Shown one piece after another: positions 62,072-64,000 of a stretch of 64,000 bases of DNA; the stretch's first letter is position 1, and every line of letters starts with the position of its first letter. The notes under the pieces were generated by a model. That model searched no databases, was not told where the DNA came from, and saw only the letters and a program-made list of their open reading frames with translations. Made by a program: the position numbers and the translations under genes. Location: contig CM060734.1 of NCBI GenBank assembly GCA_030704615.1, positions 5,890,001 to 5,954,000 on the forward strand, written 5' to 3'. This DNA is from Takakia lepidozioides. Its lineage: Eukaryota > Plantae > Bryophyta.

Positions 62072-62799
62072 TGTCACGCACCTCACTTCGGTAAGCTCCC
62101 CTTCAAGTCATAGTTACTCGCTTTGATGCGCACGCCTGACTCCCAACCTGGCCGTCGGGCCAACTCGGAGCTTCGGCTGCTCACCGGGACATAACGGTCC
62201 CCCTTCGCTCTCCCGAAAGACCCTCCACCTATTTGGGCCTAGTGGAATTCCCTTTGGTAGATGGCAGTCCGGAACAGCTCCCCACTCTTTGGTCGCTTTC
62301 CGGCTCGCTTGCTTACTCATTAGTTTTTGGACACCAACGGGCTTGCACCGTTCTTGGGGTTACTACTCCCTATATATACTTCTGTAGCTGTCCGCGGGGG
62401 TTTCACAACCAGCCATGCCATTTTATGGCGAACCACCACGAAGACCCTCGACTCCCGGTGGTGAGTCGCGGTGAGTCTTGGCCCTCTCACCACGACCCCA
62501 TTGGGCCGTGATGAGTCCCAAGACTCCCCACGACTCCCACCACGAGGTCTCCACCCTATGGTGAGTCCTATGCCACCCCCACTAAGACCCGCTAAGCTAC
62601 CACCACCCCTTGTGGAGCCACCCCCACCGCAACCCGGTGTGCAGGGCTCCACCTAGTGAGCGCCTCCGCCTCCTTGAGTGCCTTGGACACTCAAGGGTGC
62701 TTCAGCCCCCCCCCATACCTATCGCTGCCGCTGCCCCACCACAGGGGCAGCCCCTCATGTGTCCCGACCCCCCCGCCCTCAATGCAAAGGGCCGCGACA
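62072..62799 (-). mobile_element. 3' LTR of a second Galadriel-like copy, inserted in the copia element
   Basis: Aligns end to end with 47307-48016; preceded on the minus strand by a G-rich PPT-like GGTAGGGGTGTG. Confidence 0.88.
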
Positions 62800-63552
62800 C
62801 ACACCCCTACCAACAGGGAGTCGATGTCCTCATCGACTTGTCCATTTTGAAGAAACGAACATCCAAGTTGTGGCGTCCCACATCAAGGAGTTTGTTTCCG
62901 CACCATGGCGTCCCATGGCAAAGAACCAAACCCCACACTTGACTCTACTCTCCAGAATAGCCCCCTTAAACAAATGCCATCTGATGTAACCGCGGGTCAA
63001 AGAAGGCCCCGCAACGTGGCGGGGCGCAGGGCCTCACGGGCCAGACAATAGCGCGGACCGCTGCGGATAAAGGCGGCGACCGCCGGTCCGCAGGCCGGAG
63101 CTTTACCCAGCGATTAATAACTCAGATTTGGCATGCGGCTGTTTTTGTCAGTGTCCTGGCCACGCAGGCCGTCCTTTTGTGCACGTACGACTAGGGTCAG
63201 CACCCCGCCTTCTCAGCGCCGAGGCGTGGGGCCGCGACTGCTCCCCGCGTTTCCGCCGTTGGGTCCCTGGCTCCTGGGCGCACCAGTCGGGGCTTTCCCG
63301 CACTGCTGGCGACCCGTGGGCAGCTCCTACACTCCAAAAAACCAAGGTCCAAAAAAATACAAATCCCCCCCCCCCCCCCTTCCTTGTATTCAAGGTCCCT
63401 TAGTGGGGTAACTAGAGAAGGTTATCAGGGCCTTCCTAGGCCTTTCAATAGGTAGTCTAGCTTCTGGTTAGAACTTCTTAGAGCTATATATCAACTCCTC
63501 TTCATCAATAATAGAGCCAGTGCCTCTTTTGTACCCTCTCCTATGATGAACA

Positions 63553-64000
63553 TAGAGTACGGAGTATTGATTATGAAATCGGCGCCTATTTCATGTAATA
63601 CACAAAAGTACATTCCCACGCCGTCCCTGCATTCATGGAGTTCAAGCATTCCCCCAATTCATGGACAAATCCCAAATATAATTTTCTGGCAGTTACCGCA
63701 CACTGCTTACGTATGTGTTGGAAACCAGAGTAGGGAGTATGGATGTTCTAATCGGCGCCGATTTCATGTAATAGTGAAAAGTACATTCCCTCGCCGTCCC
63801 TGCATTCATGGAGTACATGCATTCCCCTTGTTTCATGGACAAATAAGAAATAAATTTATACGACAGTTACATGACACTGCCTAATGTATGTTTGGAAAAT
63901 CAGAGTATGGAGTATGGATGTGGGAAATCAGCGCCGATTTCTTCTTCTAGCCAAGACTACATTCCCTCGCCGTCCCTGCATTCAAAATCAATCATTGCCT
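63553..64000. repeat. Tandem repeat, ~174-bp unit (units start 63553, 63727, 63902)
   Basis: Shared blocks AGAGTA.GGAGTAT, AATC.GCGCC.ATTTC and TACATTCCC.CGCCGTCCCTGCATTCA. Confidence 0.9.

Noticed and set aside
47307-62799. The two similar LTRs as the ends of one element
   Set aside because: PBS and PPT positions show that 47307-48016 is the 5' LTR of the element to its left and 62072-62799 is the 3' LTR of another copy to its right.
63553-64000. CRISPR-like array
   Set aside because: Eukaryotic context, whole units are homologous (no unique spacers), and no cas genes are present.

Overview
Eukaryotic nuclear DNA from a repeat-rich region of a land plant, most likely a bryophyte or other non-seed plant (inferred from gene and TE lineages). 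There are two apparently intact spliced host genes on the minus strand: the 5' part of a TBCC-domain protein 1 (<1-3038) and a CPL4-type RNA Pol II CTD phosphatase (21638-28264). A three-exon HAK/KUP K+ transporter fragment carries a premature stop. The rest is nested, mostly decayed TEs: several Ty3/gypsy and Ty1/copia elements, CACTA, RTEX-like, L1-like and Dualen-like LINEs, and a tRNA-derived SINE. The most striking feature is a 10.7-kb cut-and-paste element (35935-46612) inserted in a gypsy gag. It has perfect 16-bp TIRs (CCCGGGGGGTGCACTC), an exact 8-bp TSD (AAACCTGA), a duplicated right end, and a large, probably spliced, P-element-like DDE transposase with a C2H2-like finger. P-superfamily elements are not a standard part of land-plant TE catalogues. 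A Dualen-like LINE remnant with an internal chromodomain is also notable. Family assignments come from motif recognition only; no searches were run.
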